A DNA stretch of 63,395 nt, filler included, from Trichosphaerium sp. ATCC 40318 (taxonomy: Eukaryota > Protista > Tubulinea): NCBI GenBank assembly GCA_038496445.1. It is 3 parts of 3 records of this genome, joined end to end, with 100 filler letters (N's around TTAATTAATTAA, not from the genome) between each part and the next. Parts side by side here need not be neighbours in the genome. Positions count along the whole stretch, not along the records: positions 1 to 26,152 come from JALMLS010000218.1; 2 more parts are not named here. One strand, written 5' to 3'. The position numbers and the translations under genes are program-made. The notes below the pieces were generated by a model, which saw nothing but the letters and a program-made list of their open reading frames with translations, was not told the DNA's origin and did not search any database. Below, piece after piece: positions 11,101 to 22,032 of the stretch; within the stretch, counting starts at the first letter, position 1, and each line of letters starts with the position of its first letter.

Positions 11101-14100
11101 GACCAAGGGGTTATTAGATTCATTAGTTGATGTACTGTACGCCGTTTTGGATGCTGGACACAAGGTACCTATATGTACTCGATAATGTACTAATAGATTT
11201 TACAGTATAATAAGAAGTACATATCCGACTCAGCGAAGATTGGTTTACAATGCTACATGTTCTCTAAAAGCGAAATATTTTCTCTTAAAACAGTATTACT
11301 GGAACAAGCTCCTTTGAGCCTGTTGAAGCTTTCTGGACGTGCTTATAAATCCCAAGTTCTTTTGTTAACTTTGTATGAGGATGAACAAGTGCGTCAATGC
11401 CTTTTGCATGTCATAATGATTTACTAAAACCATTTTAGCTTATGACTGCGTCTCAACAACCTGACTTGTATACTGGGCAATTCAATAGTTTAATATCCTT
11501 CAAATCTGCGGTCGAGAGTGTGATGGCACTTCCATTCAATTTCCTGGCTAGCTTTGATGACTTCAACATCGTTCTCGGGTACCAACACTTGTTATTTGTA
11601 CGATGACTTATTCCTTAAGGATGGGTGGTAGCCAACCAGATGACTACACTCAAGTGAGCGGTGCAAGTATTTTAGAAGCGTTCTATCAAGCATTCAAAGA
11701 TGAGAATGTTGATGAGAAGAAAGTGGTTCTTGAACGACTCAAATTGCGTTTGGATGGATTTGATGAGATGCTTAATGCTACACGGAAAGTAATAACAAAG
11801 CACTCAGATATGATCTTACTTCGCAGAGCCATTAAGGTAAACACAAAGTACTTTGAAACAAACCATACTAATATGTCGCTTTTTAGTTCACTTTCAGATT
11901 TCCTCTTCGCTTCACGAATCCTGGAATATCTAGACTTGCTTTCCTTATTCAGCATGAAGCTTTTTTGAAGGCCGAGAGCTATACAAAGCAACGAACATCT
12001 GTTCTAGCAACGATCATTGACAATGATATTCCTGGTAATAGTTTCAACTGCTCTGAACCATCTAACCTTTATGTACTTCTTTAGCTGATAAAGTAATGCG
12101 TATCAAGTATATTGGTACAGATGAAGAAGTTTCTATTGAAGACACAACAAAAAAGTCTTTTACATTTGAGAATATTGAGCTGAACGAGGAAGTCAAAACG
12201 CCTACAAAAAAAAAGAAGAAAAATATCAACCACATTTTTAAGATAATGGCGAGCTCTGAAGGTGTAAGGATTGAACCTGACAAGTTAAAGATTTACTCAT
12301 GGTACTAAAAAAGAACATCAATATCCTTTGATGACATAACAATAGGCTCCTTGTTGCTGAAGATTCATCCAATATTTCAGACTTTTTGAAGTACAATGAT
12401 TGGAAAATGAGAAACTTTAAATTCAAGAGTCCTGCAGGTACACCCGCTTACCTAACTGTTCTATGGTCAATTAACATATTCAATACTAGGAGGTGTAACA
12501 TTTGCATATATAGACGATGCTAACAATGACACATGTCGGATCGCTTTAAAAACGGAGAGCACAGTATCTCTTGTTAAAGACAAAGTTTATTTGCTCAGCG
12601 AAAAGTATCTCAATCTTCTATTGGATACTGCTATTTCTATCTTGAAGGAAGTAGATTTTGCGTATGGTATAATAGAGGCTTTGCGCAAATATGAAGAGAA
12701 TAACGGAGAGCTCTCAAGAGACTTTTTGAAATGGCTTCAAGGTGTATCTTTGATGCATGCATCAGCGTCTATTCCGCGAAAACGCAAGGATCGTGAAACC
12801 TTTTTAATGTCAATGTCCGTGCCATTAGAGTACCAACCACCCATGAAAGCTTTAAAAACGCAACTCTATCTTGAAGTACAGGATAACAATAGTACGAACA
12901 AGCCTTGTTCAACAACCAAAACATTCTTACATATGTTAAGGTGTTGAAGATGTTGGCGATGATAGTGACACTGAAGAAATAGAAACCAAGGAGCTTATAA
13001 TGGCGCCCTCATTCCACTGGTGGGAACCAGAGGTATCAAGATTACTGTTCCGTGCATTGTACTCTGCAACGTGCACTATGGAAGTACGTTTTGTAGCTTC
13101 TTTTGAGGTTGTTTACTTATTTTGTTTACAAGGGCGGGACTGATACTACGTCTTTGTTCATGGAGCTTGTGAACGATCCTATAAAATGGGGATCATTCAA
13201 GCTGAAATATGAAGATGATAACGTAATCAGAAAAGGCTTACTCTTGGCTTGTCAACTTGCCTCTAAGGACTACTTATTGACTTCATCACAAAAGAGGTAC
13301 GGCGCCTTTGTTCTTTGTCCTACAATTTTTATTTACTTGGTTGTGAATTCTAGAGTGTTTGATAGTGTTTTCTCTCAACGTATGACACTTGTTTGGGGCC
13401 CACCAGGCAGCGGTAAAACAGTACGTGAAATACGATATTTTCTGTTTTAATATTAACTGACTTATAAGCATTTTCTTGCGGCTTCATTGTTGCTGCTATG
13501 TCATGGTCATCAAGCAGCCGTAGATGCCACTATTAACAAGATCACACCTATAAAAACTGAACAGAGCGAGAAAGAACCTGCCAAGGAGAAGCCATCATCC
13601 AAAAAACAGGCAATATAAAAAAGATCTTATTCCCAAATCAAAAACTTACCCTTGTAGCAGTCAAACGGAGATACTCCATTCAAAGTTCTTTGTATTGCCT
13701 TCACTCATAATTCAATCGATAATCTATTAGAAAGAGTAAAACAACACCAAATAGAACTCAGTACGTTACAAAACAATTGTGTTTAATCCGAAAAAAGACA
13801 TCTAATGATGTTTCTTAGATGCCAAGTTTGGCACCACTGTGGATATTAAACTGGGTCGCTTATTGAATAGAAAGGTTATAGGATCGGCTAAAAACCTTGA
13901 CGCTAATCCAATGCAATTTTCGGATGATGCACAGAGTATTAGAAGAGAGTAAGCAGCACTGCCATTTTGTACAATCTGTTTAACATCATTCCAAGTTTCC
14001 TCTCAAAATACCCTGTTTGCATTGTTGGCGGTACTGTTTGGGCTGTCCGCAAGGTATTTCAGAAGCCCATAAATAACCCACCAAGGTACATTGTTTTTAA

Positions 14101-15565
14101 TAAGAACCAATTTTTACTTACTTGTTTTTAATAGATTTGACATGGTTGTCATTGATGAAGCATCTCAGTTACTTTTCGCGAATGCTTACCCTGCTATAAA
14201 ATACTTATTGGCTGATACTGGCCGTCTTGTACTCGCCGGTGATGATCAACAACTGCCACCAATCATTTCAGGTTAGATATAGAGCTTAAACTATCACGTG
14301 GTTTAGTTTTAACTTTGTTTTAGGTATTTATCCTCCGCCAGTACCAAATGAGACATACCTGTATTCGTCTATTTTCAAGGCGATCAAACACCTTGACACA
14401 AAATTTGAATGCACAAAGATGTTAAATGAGAACTGGCGTATGAATAGCGCTCTCGCTGCTCTTCCATCCAAGACTATTTATAAGACGATAAAAGAGGATG
14501 AAGTGTACAGACCAGCTAATGATGAAGTACGAAACCAAGTTTAAGTTGTACTGTTAACATCTGTCAAGGTGGCAAATCGTTCCTTTTATTGCAAGAGAGA
14601 GGCTGGAAATAAATTCAGCTTTCCAAGTTTATCTGATAGGATAGAATTTAGTGTTAATGACCCAATACTTCAACTATTACTTGATGGAAACTTACCTCTT
14701 GGAGTCGTTCTTCTCAAGGTGAATTCTTTTGATGACATTGGTGAGAAACGCGTTAGCTGCTTGGATTCATACTAACGCACCATCCTAGGATTGTACCCAC
14801 AATCGAAGCTTATAGCTGCAATGGCAACAGCTGTTCGCAAGTGTCACCAGAAAGTTCATGTAGAAGTACGGCGCTTCAGTAGAACTTACAACAGCTAATC
14901 GCTCTTAACTAGGAATCAGAAGAAACGTTCTGGGAAAAGAGATTACTTGTGGTTGCGCCTCATCATGTACAACGTATACAAATACAAAAAGAGTTATACG
15001 GGAAAACGTATGCACAACACTTTGAACAGAACGATGGAAATCTAATACTTGTTTAGTGGAATCGCAGCTAATTTTGGGTATGAGTGGGATAAGAAAATTA
15101 CGCCGTTTATAGCCACTGTAGAGAAGGCTCAAGGTAAAATATTTTGGGGAGAGTACACGTTAAATACTTAACCTTTCTAGGCAAGGAAGTAGACACAGTC
15201 ATCGTTGATTACGGACTTGTTAATGGCGTTCAAATAAAAAAAGAACTTAACTTTATTTACAGCCGAAATCGCCTCAATGTCAGTATTACACGGTACATTA
15301 TATAAACCTTATATCCTTATTCAAAGATACTAATTTGCTTGTTTTTTTAAGTGCTAAGCGTAAATGTGTTATAATACTATCAGATGTGCTGCTATCAACA
15401 GGTTTTGATGTTTTTTCTTCAAAGAAAACAGAACAGGGCTTCTCATACATGCAAGCACTTGTAAGACATGCGAGAGAAACAAATGCACTTCATGAAGTAA
15501 AGTTATCAAAGCTAACAGATCATACAAACAACCTTGAGCTTGAACAGTTCTTTACTACATTGTAA
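8149..15565 (+). CDS. Large multi-exon PD-(D/E)XK (RecB/Cas4-like) nuclease fused to Dna2/Upf1-like SF1B helicase
   Basis: N-terminal QCDR, CFPDFLEV..IVDAKAS..IQVGLYALLL, and HKCSHCDFVSFC cysteines. C-terminal WGPPGSGKT, VVIDEASQ, LAGDDQQLPP, LNENWRM, TVEKAQG and NRLNVSITRA helicase motifs. Confidence 0.85.
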
Positions 15566-15683
15566 ATACATGTAACAAAAAAAAACCCTTTTGTTTACTC
15601 CTGAATAAAATAAGAATTTAATTTAGTTCACTACACTTTTCCGTTGTCTACCTTCACTTTTGAGAATCTAATCAAAATTGCAG

Positions 15684-16460
15684 TTACCAACAATATGATG
15701 TTGTATTGGCGTTATAGTCTGGTACAAGAGAAACTGTAGAATTGTCGGGCTCAAGCTAAAACACTCGTGAGTTTTTTGTAGCAGGATTCTTTTACAAACT
15801 TGAAACATACCTTCTTCAGTGCCTGCTGAGCAATAACTCGATACAGCTCATCTAGATTTGTACCATCTTTTGCAGACGTCTCAATGTATATCAGGCCCCT
15901 ATCATAACAGTATTTGGATGCTTCTGCTTTATCAACAACACGAGTTCCATCGAGATCAATTTTGTTTCCAACAACAACTAACTGGATTTCTTCAGGACTT
16001 GTACCATCGTCATTTCTGTTAACAAGATACTCATCACGCCACTTCTCTAAGCTTTTGAAAGAATTCATATCATCAACAGCAAATACAAGAACACAGCAGT
16101 GTGCGTGTCTGTAATATGCACGAGATAAGTACATAAACCTTTCCATACCAGCAGTGTCCTTAAAAAAAGGATAAGAACTGTTGTTCACGTGGCTAGAAAC
16201 GGTACTTTTTTCACGCACCCAAAGCTGAAGTGTGACTCTCCTCGTCACACCTCTTTCGGTGACAGAAAGTGTTTCACAATGAAAATCTGCACCGATGTTT
16301 GTTTTTGGAGGCGGTACTGAGCTTTTAGTCAAAATGCTCGTCTTGCCTATACCGTAGTTGAGGAAGACAAAGAAAAAATATCATAGTTTAGCGAACCTAC
16401 GCCTAATTCGCCAAGTAGAATAATCTTAGCGCAAGGGACAGCTCTCCCGTCAATTTCCAT
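15684..16460 (-). CDS. Rab-family small GTPase (divergent, Rab7-like), multi-exon
   Basis: KIILLGELGVGKT, IGADF, WDTAGMERF, VVGNKID and ETSAK motifs; Cys near the C-terminus. Confidence 0.9.
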
Positions 16461-16759
16461 ATCAGAAGTTAACTTCTACTCTCCAATATCTAATCTACAC
16501 TTCCAAGTGCGCCTGCGAAACCTCTTAACTACACTCTTTGAGTTGTTTTATATAAAAATGCGTACAAATACCTTGTACTACCACCCTTTTGTCGCCACTG
16601 TAAAGCAGTAGCGTCGAACTAGTTGAAGCAATTCCACTATTGAAGCGTTGTTTAAATGGCCTACCTTAAGTGAACGTTCCAAAAGCTTAAGGCATGTAGT
16701 TTTTTTGTTTTGCTTACGTATTGGCAGGAGATAACGCTTTTGATTGTAAAGCTAGAGTG

Positions 16760-17743
16760 ATGCAAAAGAACGAAACACCTCCACACGTGATAAAACAAGA
16801 TTTCAGTAACAATTTTTTCGATAATCTCTACAATACGCATCAAACGTTTTGTTCAGTGCTAAGGGCCATACTGGCGCTTTCATTGGCTTGTATAATGTTG
16901 TTTTTATCAGCGTATTGGCTTCATAGCTCTCCTGAGCATTTTTCTATGCACATGACAGCACCTACGCCTCCGGCGAAGATCCTCATTTTTCAATTTTCCA
17001 ATATCAGATTTTCTGGCGATTACTCGGACTATATTGGATGTATAAAGGAGTACTCCAAAAGACATGGCTATGAGTATAAGATAAAGATCATACCTGATCT
17101 TGCAGGTACAGGAGACATTGCAAAACTTAAACCTTTCTACATTCGTGATGAATTTGAAGAAATGCGACATGATGATTACCTTGTGTTTTTTGATACAGAT
17201 ACATGCGTCATTCAACAACATAGGTCTATAATGGAACTAATAGAGATAGCAAATTCTAAAACTGATGGCAAGGAATGTACTTTCATGGCACAAGACAGTA
17301 ACCACACTGTTAATGCTGGGTTTCTTATTTTTAAAAGAACAGAAAAAATGCTGAATTTTCTGAGAATGTGGGAGTATGAAACAGCACGTGTTAGTGGTCC
17401 TACCTGGCAGAAAGATCAAGGACCACTTCAATCTGCTATAACATTCAATGCAAGCATCTACCTTAAGAAAATATGGACAGATTGCACTGTTAGACCAGTC
17501 GGTCTAAGGAACTTTTGTTACAATGATTTAATGACTAGATATGGCTTACCTCTTTTCAATAGAACATTTGACACTTTCTGTTTCTGGAACGACTCACCAG
17601 GAGAACGAATTAACATGCATGATTATGAAGAAAGGGATTACCGAGATGGTGACTTTCTATACCATGGCCATGACTTGTATAAACTCCAAACGCTACTTAA
17701 AGCAGTACATGAAAAACCAAAAACACCAAGTAAAGCAAAATGA
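16760..17743 (+). CDS. Type II membrane glycosyltransferase, GT34/MNN10-like, intronless
   Basis: N-terminal TM helix, YSKRHGYEY, DYLVFFDTD (DxD), VNAGFLIFK and DQGPL. Confidence 0.75.
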   Translation: MQKNETPPHVIKQDFSNNFFDNLYNTHQTFCSVLRAILALSLACIMLFLSAYWLHSSPEHFSMHMTAPTPPAKILIFQFSNIRFSGDYSDYIGCIKEYSKRHGYEYKIKIIPDLAGTGDIAKLKPFYIRDEFEEMRHDDYLVFFDTDTCVIQQHRSIMELIEIANSKTDGKECTFMAQDSNHTVNAGFLIFKRTEKMLNFLRMWEYETARVSGPTWQKDQGPLQSAITFNASIYLKKIWTDCTVRPVGLRNFCYNDLMTRYGLPLFNRTFDTFCFWNDSPGERINMHDYEERDYRDGDFLYHGHDLYKLQTLLKAVHEKPKTPSKAK

Positions 17744-17788
17744 ACTCAAGGATAGATAGTGCAGTGTCTTGGCTGTTTGTTTCTATTT

Positions 17789-18947
17789 TTATGACTTGAT
17801 CATCTGCTTTATTGTGTCTCCTCCGAATACCATACATACAGTCGCCCATACACCAAGACCGATACGTGGTAACACACCACGGAAAAATCCTTTGACACCA
17901 TTATGTTTATAAATAAATTGAGCTGTTTCAGCCATTGTTCTCTTATTAAACTGTACAGATCCTTCTTTCAATGATACCTTTTGCATCTCTACTCTAATAA
18001 CTTCAATAGGGTGATTCCAGCAAGCTAAAATCCAACAAGTTAATAAATGACATTTTTTGAGTAACAAAGACAAAGAACGTTTACCTAATGTCCCTCCAAC
18101 AACACTTGCTAGTAGTCTCTCCCATGTCTTCAATCTTCTTTCTGTGTTGCCCATGCGTATGATGTGCTCAACACCCTTTGAAATACCTTAAGAAGTAAGA
18201 GAACTCTACAGTAACAAGTATTCTATTGTACCAAAACGTGATCCCCAGTTTGTCATTTGACGAATTGCAACAGCATTAACACCTCTATAAAAACCGCGTA
18301 TACCATTCTCACTCCAAACTTTCCTAGCAATAGCCATTGCATTACTGCCACTATGTTTCCTAGTAACTGTTGAAAATAAATAAAACTGTCAAAGACATAG
18401 GTGTTAAAAACACAAACCTTCGACAGTAACCATAAATGTACAGAATCCCATTGTAGTGTAGGCCTGACATATGCCTCCACCCATGCCACCAAGCGCTGTA
18501 CACGTGTTAGATTATCCAATCACGTGAATACTTACCTGCTGCGAGCGGTCTAGATGCTCCTAGATGGCTACAATAGTTTGTGATTTCTGTTTGAGACAAG
18601 AGTAGCACACCTAACAATAAATTCTCAGTAACTGACCCTCATGCTCGAACAAAGAGGGTATTGCTCCCTGTAAAACGTTACCTCCTTTGGAAGCGCACTC
18701 TATCCAAGCCCACGGAATAAGACCTTGTAACGTTAGTCACAGTACATTTTATAGACATACCTTGGTAAAAGCCTAATAGTCCACCTCTGGCATACGTTTT
18801 ACGCACTGCGTCACGCCAGGAGTCATTTCTAAATGCGCATTGATGCGTCTTTAGCACTTTAAACGGCTGTCCAAGCGTTGTGATCTTAAAAACATCCAAA
18901 CAAGCGCCTATCAGTAGATTTTCTACAGGGAAGCGCCGTGATGTCAT
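17789..18947 (-). CDS. YHM2: Mitochondrial carrier, Yhm2-like citrate/oxoglutarate carrier, multi-exon
   Basis: [45 protein letters not shown] and [15 protein letters not shown]. Confidence 0.85.
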
Positions 18948-19192
18948 TATTGGAGCGATTTAAGCTAAGTGCACTCTAAGGAATACGTACAGAAGGACAA
19001 ACACTTGCTTAATTATCACGTGGTAATCGCCAGCGGTATAAGCATCTGAAACGTACAAGGAGCGCGTTTAAATTATTGTTGGTAACATTAACGAATTAAA
19101 AGCTGTTATTCACATTAACTTATTGCTAAATAGCTAAAATACAGCGTATTCAGACCACCTAGATCGCGTACGTTGGTAATTTCAAAAAAAAA

Positions 19193-20702
19193 ATGGCCAA
19201 CGTGGCATACACGCCAGTAAATGTACTGCAATCATCACCGGTACGCGGAATGGATGTTAACATTAACTCATTGCGATAGTTGAGTAAACATGGCTATACA
19301 CCAACTTATTCAAGCCCAACGAACTACTCTAACAAATTGTACATGTCACCGCAATTATCTAGAGAAAAGAAGCAAGTTTGGGCAATACTAAAACACGACA
19401 CGGCCGTACAACGTATGCTGATGCTCTTTGCGGTATTTGGTGTGTCTTCCCTTGTCACAATTTTCTCTGCGTATCGCATAGGCTGTGTGGGTAAGATGAA
19501 ATGTCAAATCAGATAGTCTCTGTATCTGATAGATTTTAGCACTGCTGGCGTGCGGATTTCACGCGTTATTTCATTGTTGTGCAACAGGAATAAACTTAAT
19601 CGGGCGTGTATGGTCAAAGTACAGGCCTTCTCGTACAAGCACATATGGCTACGATAGGTAGGACTAACATCCGTCTTGTTCAATCCTGTTGCTAAGCTTG
19701 CTCAGATACGAAATAATATGGGGCTTCACAAACGGCACATTTTTAACATTTGCTGGTTTATACTCCTTCTTTGAAGCATTGGAACGTATATTCTTCGAAC
19801 CTTCTGAAGTAGACGCAAACGGACTGCTCTGGGTTCCTATAACAAGCTTGATTGTACGCCTCACTAGAGTTTTCTGATTTTTTTTCCGAAATTGTCTACT
19901 TTTCTATCGACTGTGTGGCTCTCCTAACACGTTCAGGTGCACATAATAGGTGCAATGTATTTTACACAGTACCTCACAGTGCGCTCAGAGTCTGTTATTT
20001 CAGCCAAGACAAAAATTGCTGATAGACTTGTTGATGTCACAAATATCGCGCTGCCTTCGCTGCTAGCAACGTACCAATACATCTATTCTTAGATTAAGAA
20101 CCATTCTAAAAAAATTGTAGAGTTACTATCGGATTACTCAATATACACTCACAATGGCACCACGCAGACGCTTACTTTGCCTTGGCCATCGTTGGTTTAA
20201 TTTTTTTTACAGCAGTGCCGGTTTGCATGAGGTACGCTTTTTTTAGCACGTGTGGTGCCACAAGTGTTCACCCTATACTAGTACGGGGCGTGTATTGCTT
20301 TTGGGTACACCTTCGACATTGCAAGCTATTCTTGACAAAAATCTGCAAGACGTTGTAATGATACCAGGAGTACAGGTAGTGGTTGTAGTTGCAAATTGAA
20401 GTATTGAAAATGATGCAGGAAGTAAAACGAGAAAGTACTCATTTTTGGACGTACAGCCCTGGTGTATTTGTGGGGACGCTAGTAGTTCGCACAGAGGTAC
20501 AAAATATTTTGGGTAGTTTTTAATTAAAAAATGCTGTTTCGATTAACGTAAAACTTTTCGCTCTTTTACTCATCGGCGTGTGTAGATGGACGCGGACGAC
20601 CAGCAGATTTGTCAACAAATAACGCGTATATTTAGACCCATAACATCACATTTGACAATACAAGTCGAAAAAGACGATTGGATGCAAGGGCGTGTACAAT
20701 AA
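19193..20702 (+). CDS. Cation diffusion facilitator (ZnT/SLC30A6-like) transporter, multi-exon
   Basis: TYGYDRYEIIWGFTNG..FLTF..FEALERI; C-terminal HFWTYSPG..GTL and HLTIQVEKD. Confidence 0.8.
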
Positions 20703-21092
20703 AAGGGTTTAAAAGGAGAAAAAGATTTTGTAGTTATCTGATAACGCACAAAGCAGCAAATGCTATCTTTAGCATCTCTTAGCGTAGCGGTAGTAAATCA
20801 GACCATTGCGCGTAGATACTCCGTCAGAGAGTTTGTCTATTCTGCCGTGAATAGGGCACTGCTCTAATAGCAACAGTCGTAGGTAGAGCATGCTATGGAG
20901 TTAGACAGATGGCCGAAATAAATTTGGGTAAAAAAAAAAAAAGCCTTTACGTTTATTTTACTCAATTAGCCTTAAAATACGTAGAAGCCACCCCAAAAAA
21001 CGCCCTTTCGTCTAAAAGTCTCCTTAACTGCGCGGTTTTTAAGTAAGTGCAAAAATAGAAAATATTAAAACTCAAACAAACATCACAACAAC

Positions 21093-21473
21093 ATGTCGTG
21101 GCAAGCATACGTAGACAACAGCTTAGTCGGAACAGGCACTGTATCACAAGGCGCTATCGTAGGCCTCAACGGCGGTCTTTGGGCCAAATCTGCTGGACTA
21201 AATGTCGGCGGTGACGAAGTAAAGGCTATTTTGGCCGGTTTCGCAGATACACAAGCAGCCACACGCAACGGTATTAGAATTAACGGAGTCAAATACTTCT
21301 GCTTGAAGTCTGACGGTAGATCAATATACGGAAAGAAAGCCGCTACTGGCGTATGCTGTGTCAAATGCCAACAGTGTGTTTTGATCGCTTGTTACAACGA
21401 CTCTATGCAACCTGGAGCTTGCGCTCTAACTGTCGAAAAACTTGCTGATTATTTGATGGAGAACGGCTACTAA
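21093..21473 (+). CDS. PFN: Profilin
   Basis: MSWQAYVDNSLVGTG..AIVGLNGGLWAKS..VEKLADYL; 126 aa, intronless. Confidence 0.97.
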   Translation: MSWQAYVDNSLVGTGTVSQGAIVGLNGGLWAKSAGLNVGGDEVKAILAGFADTQAATRNGIRINGVKYFCLKSDGRSIYGKKAATGVCCVKCQQCVLIACYNDSMQPGACALTVEKLADYLMENGY

Positions 21474-22032
21474 TTAGTCTCCCTACAGCACTCAAATTGT
21501 AACCTACAACTCGTAGAGTTGTTTATCGATTTAATAAATCAACTTGTACCTCATCTTCGTTTGATCAACCGAAAAGTTTATTTGAGCTGCTTTTCGCGTC
21601 ATAGATCGCACTATCGCTTGCGTACTGATATAACCAGTGCGCGTTTGTAGCGGATTCTTTTTTGCTGTACAGCAAAAGTTTGGTTTTAGCCCCCGCACTC
21701 AGTTTTATGCTTGCATCAAATGGTACGACAATAGGGCGAGTGGTTGCGATTAACGGCTACGCGTGGTTAGTGTCACTTGTCATGCTCCACCTGTAGTTTC
21801 AAAAAAATTTAATTAAATCCTATTTAGTCGCGTTCCTCAATGATTGACTATGACACGTAAGCTGTTGTGTGACTATAAAGCGCTTTTACAGTTTTTTTTT
21901 AGGACTTAGTAATGCGAATTCTGGAAACGCCTTTATTTTTAACAACACAACGCTTTTGGCATATCGACCGTTTGAAAAAGCGAAACAACGACATGCGATC
22001 GTAGTTAACGTTGTACAACATCAAAAAAAAAA

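Noticed and set aside
18860-18890. A-to-I recoding of AAG/AAA to Glu in the Yhm2-like gene as support for editing
   Set aside because: The partner Lys in helix 3 has also changed (to Val), which editing would not restore, so protein co-evolution is simpler. No TAG-for-Trp sites were noticed in other genes.
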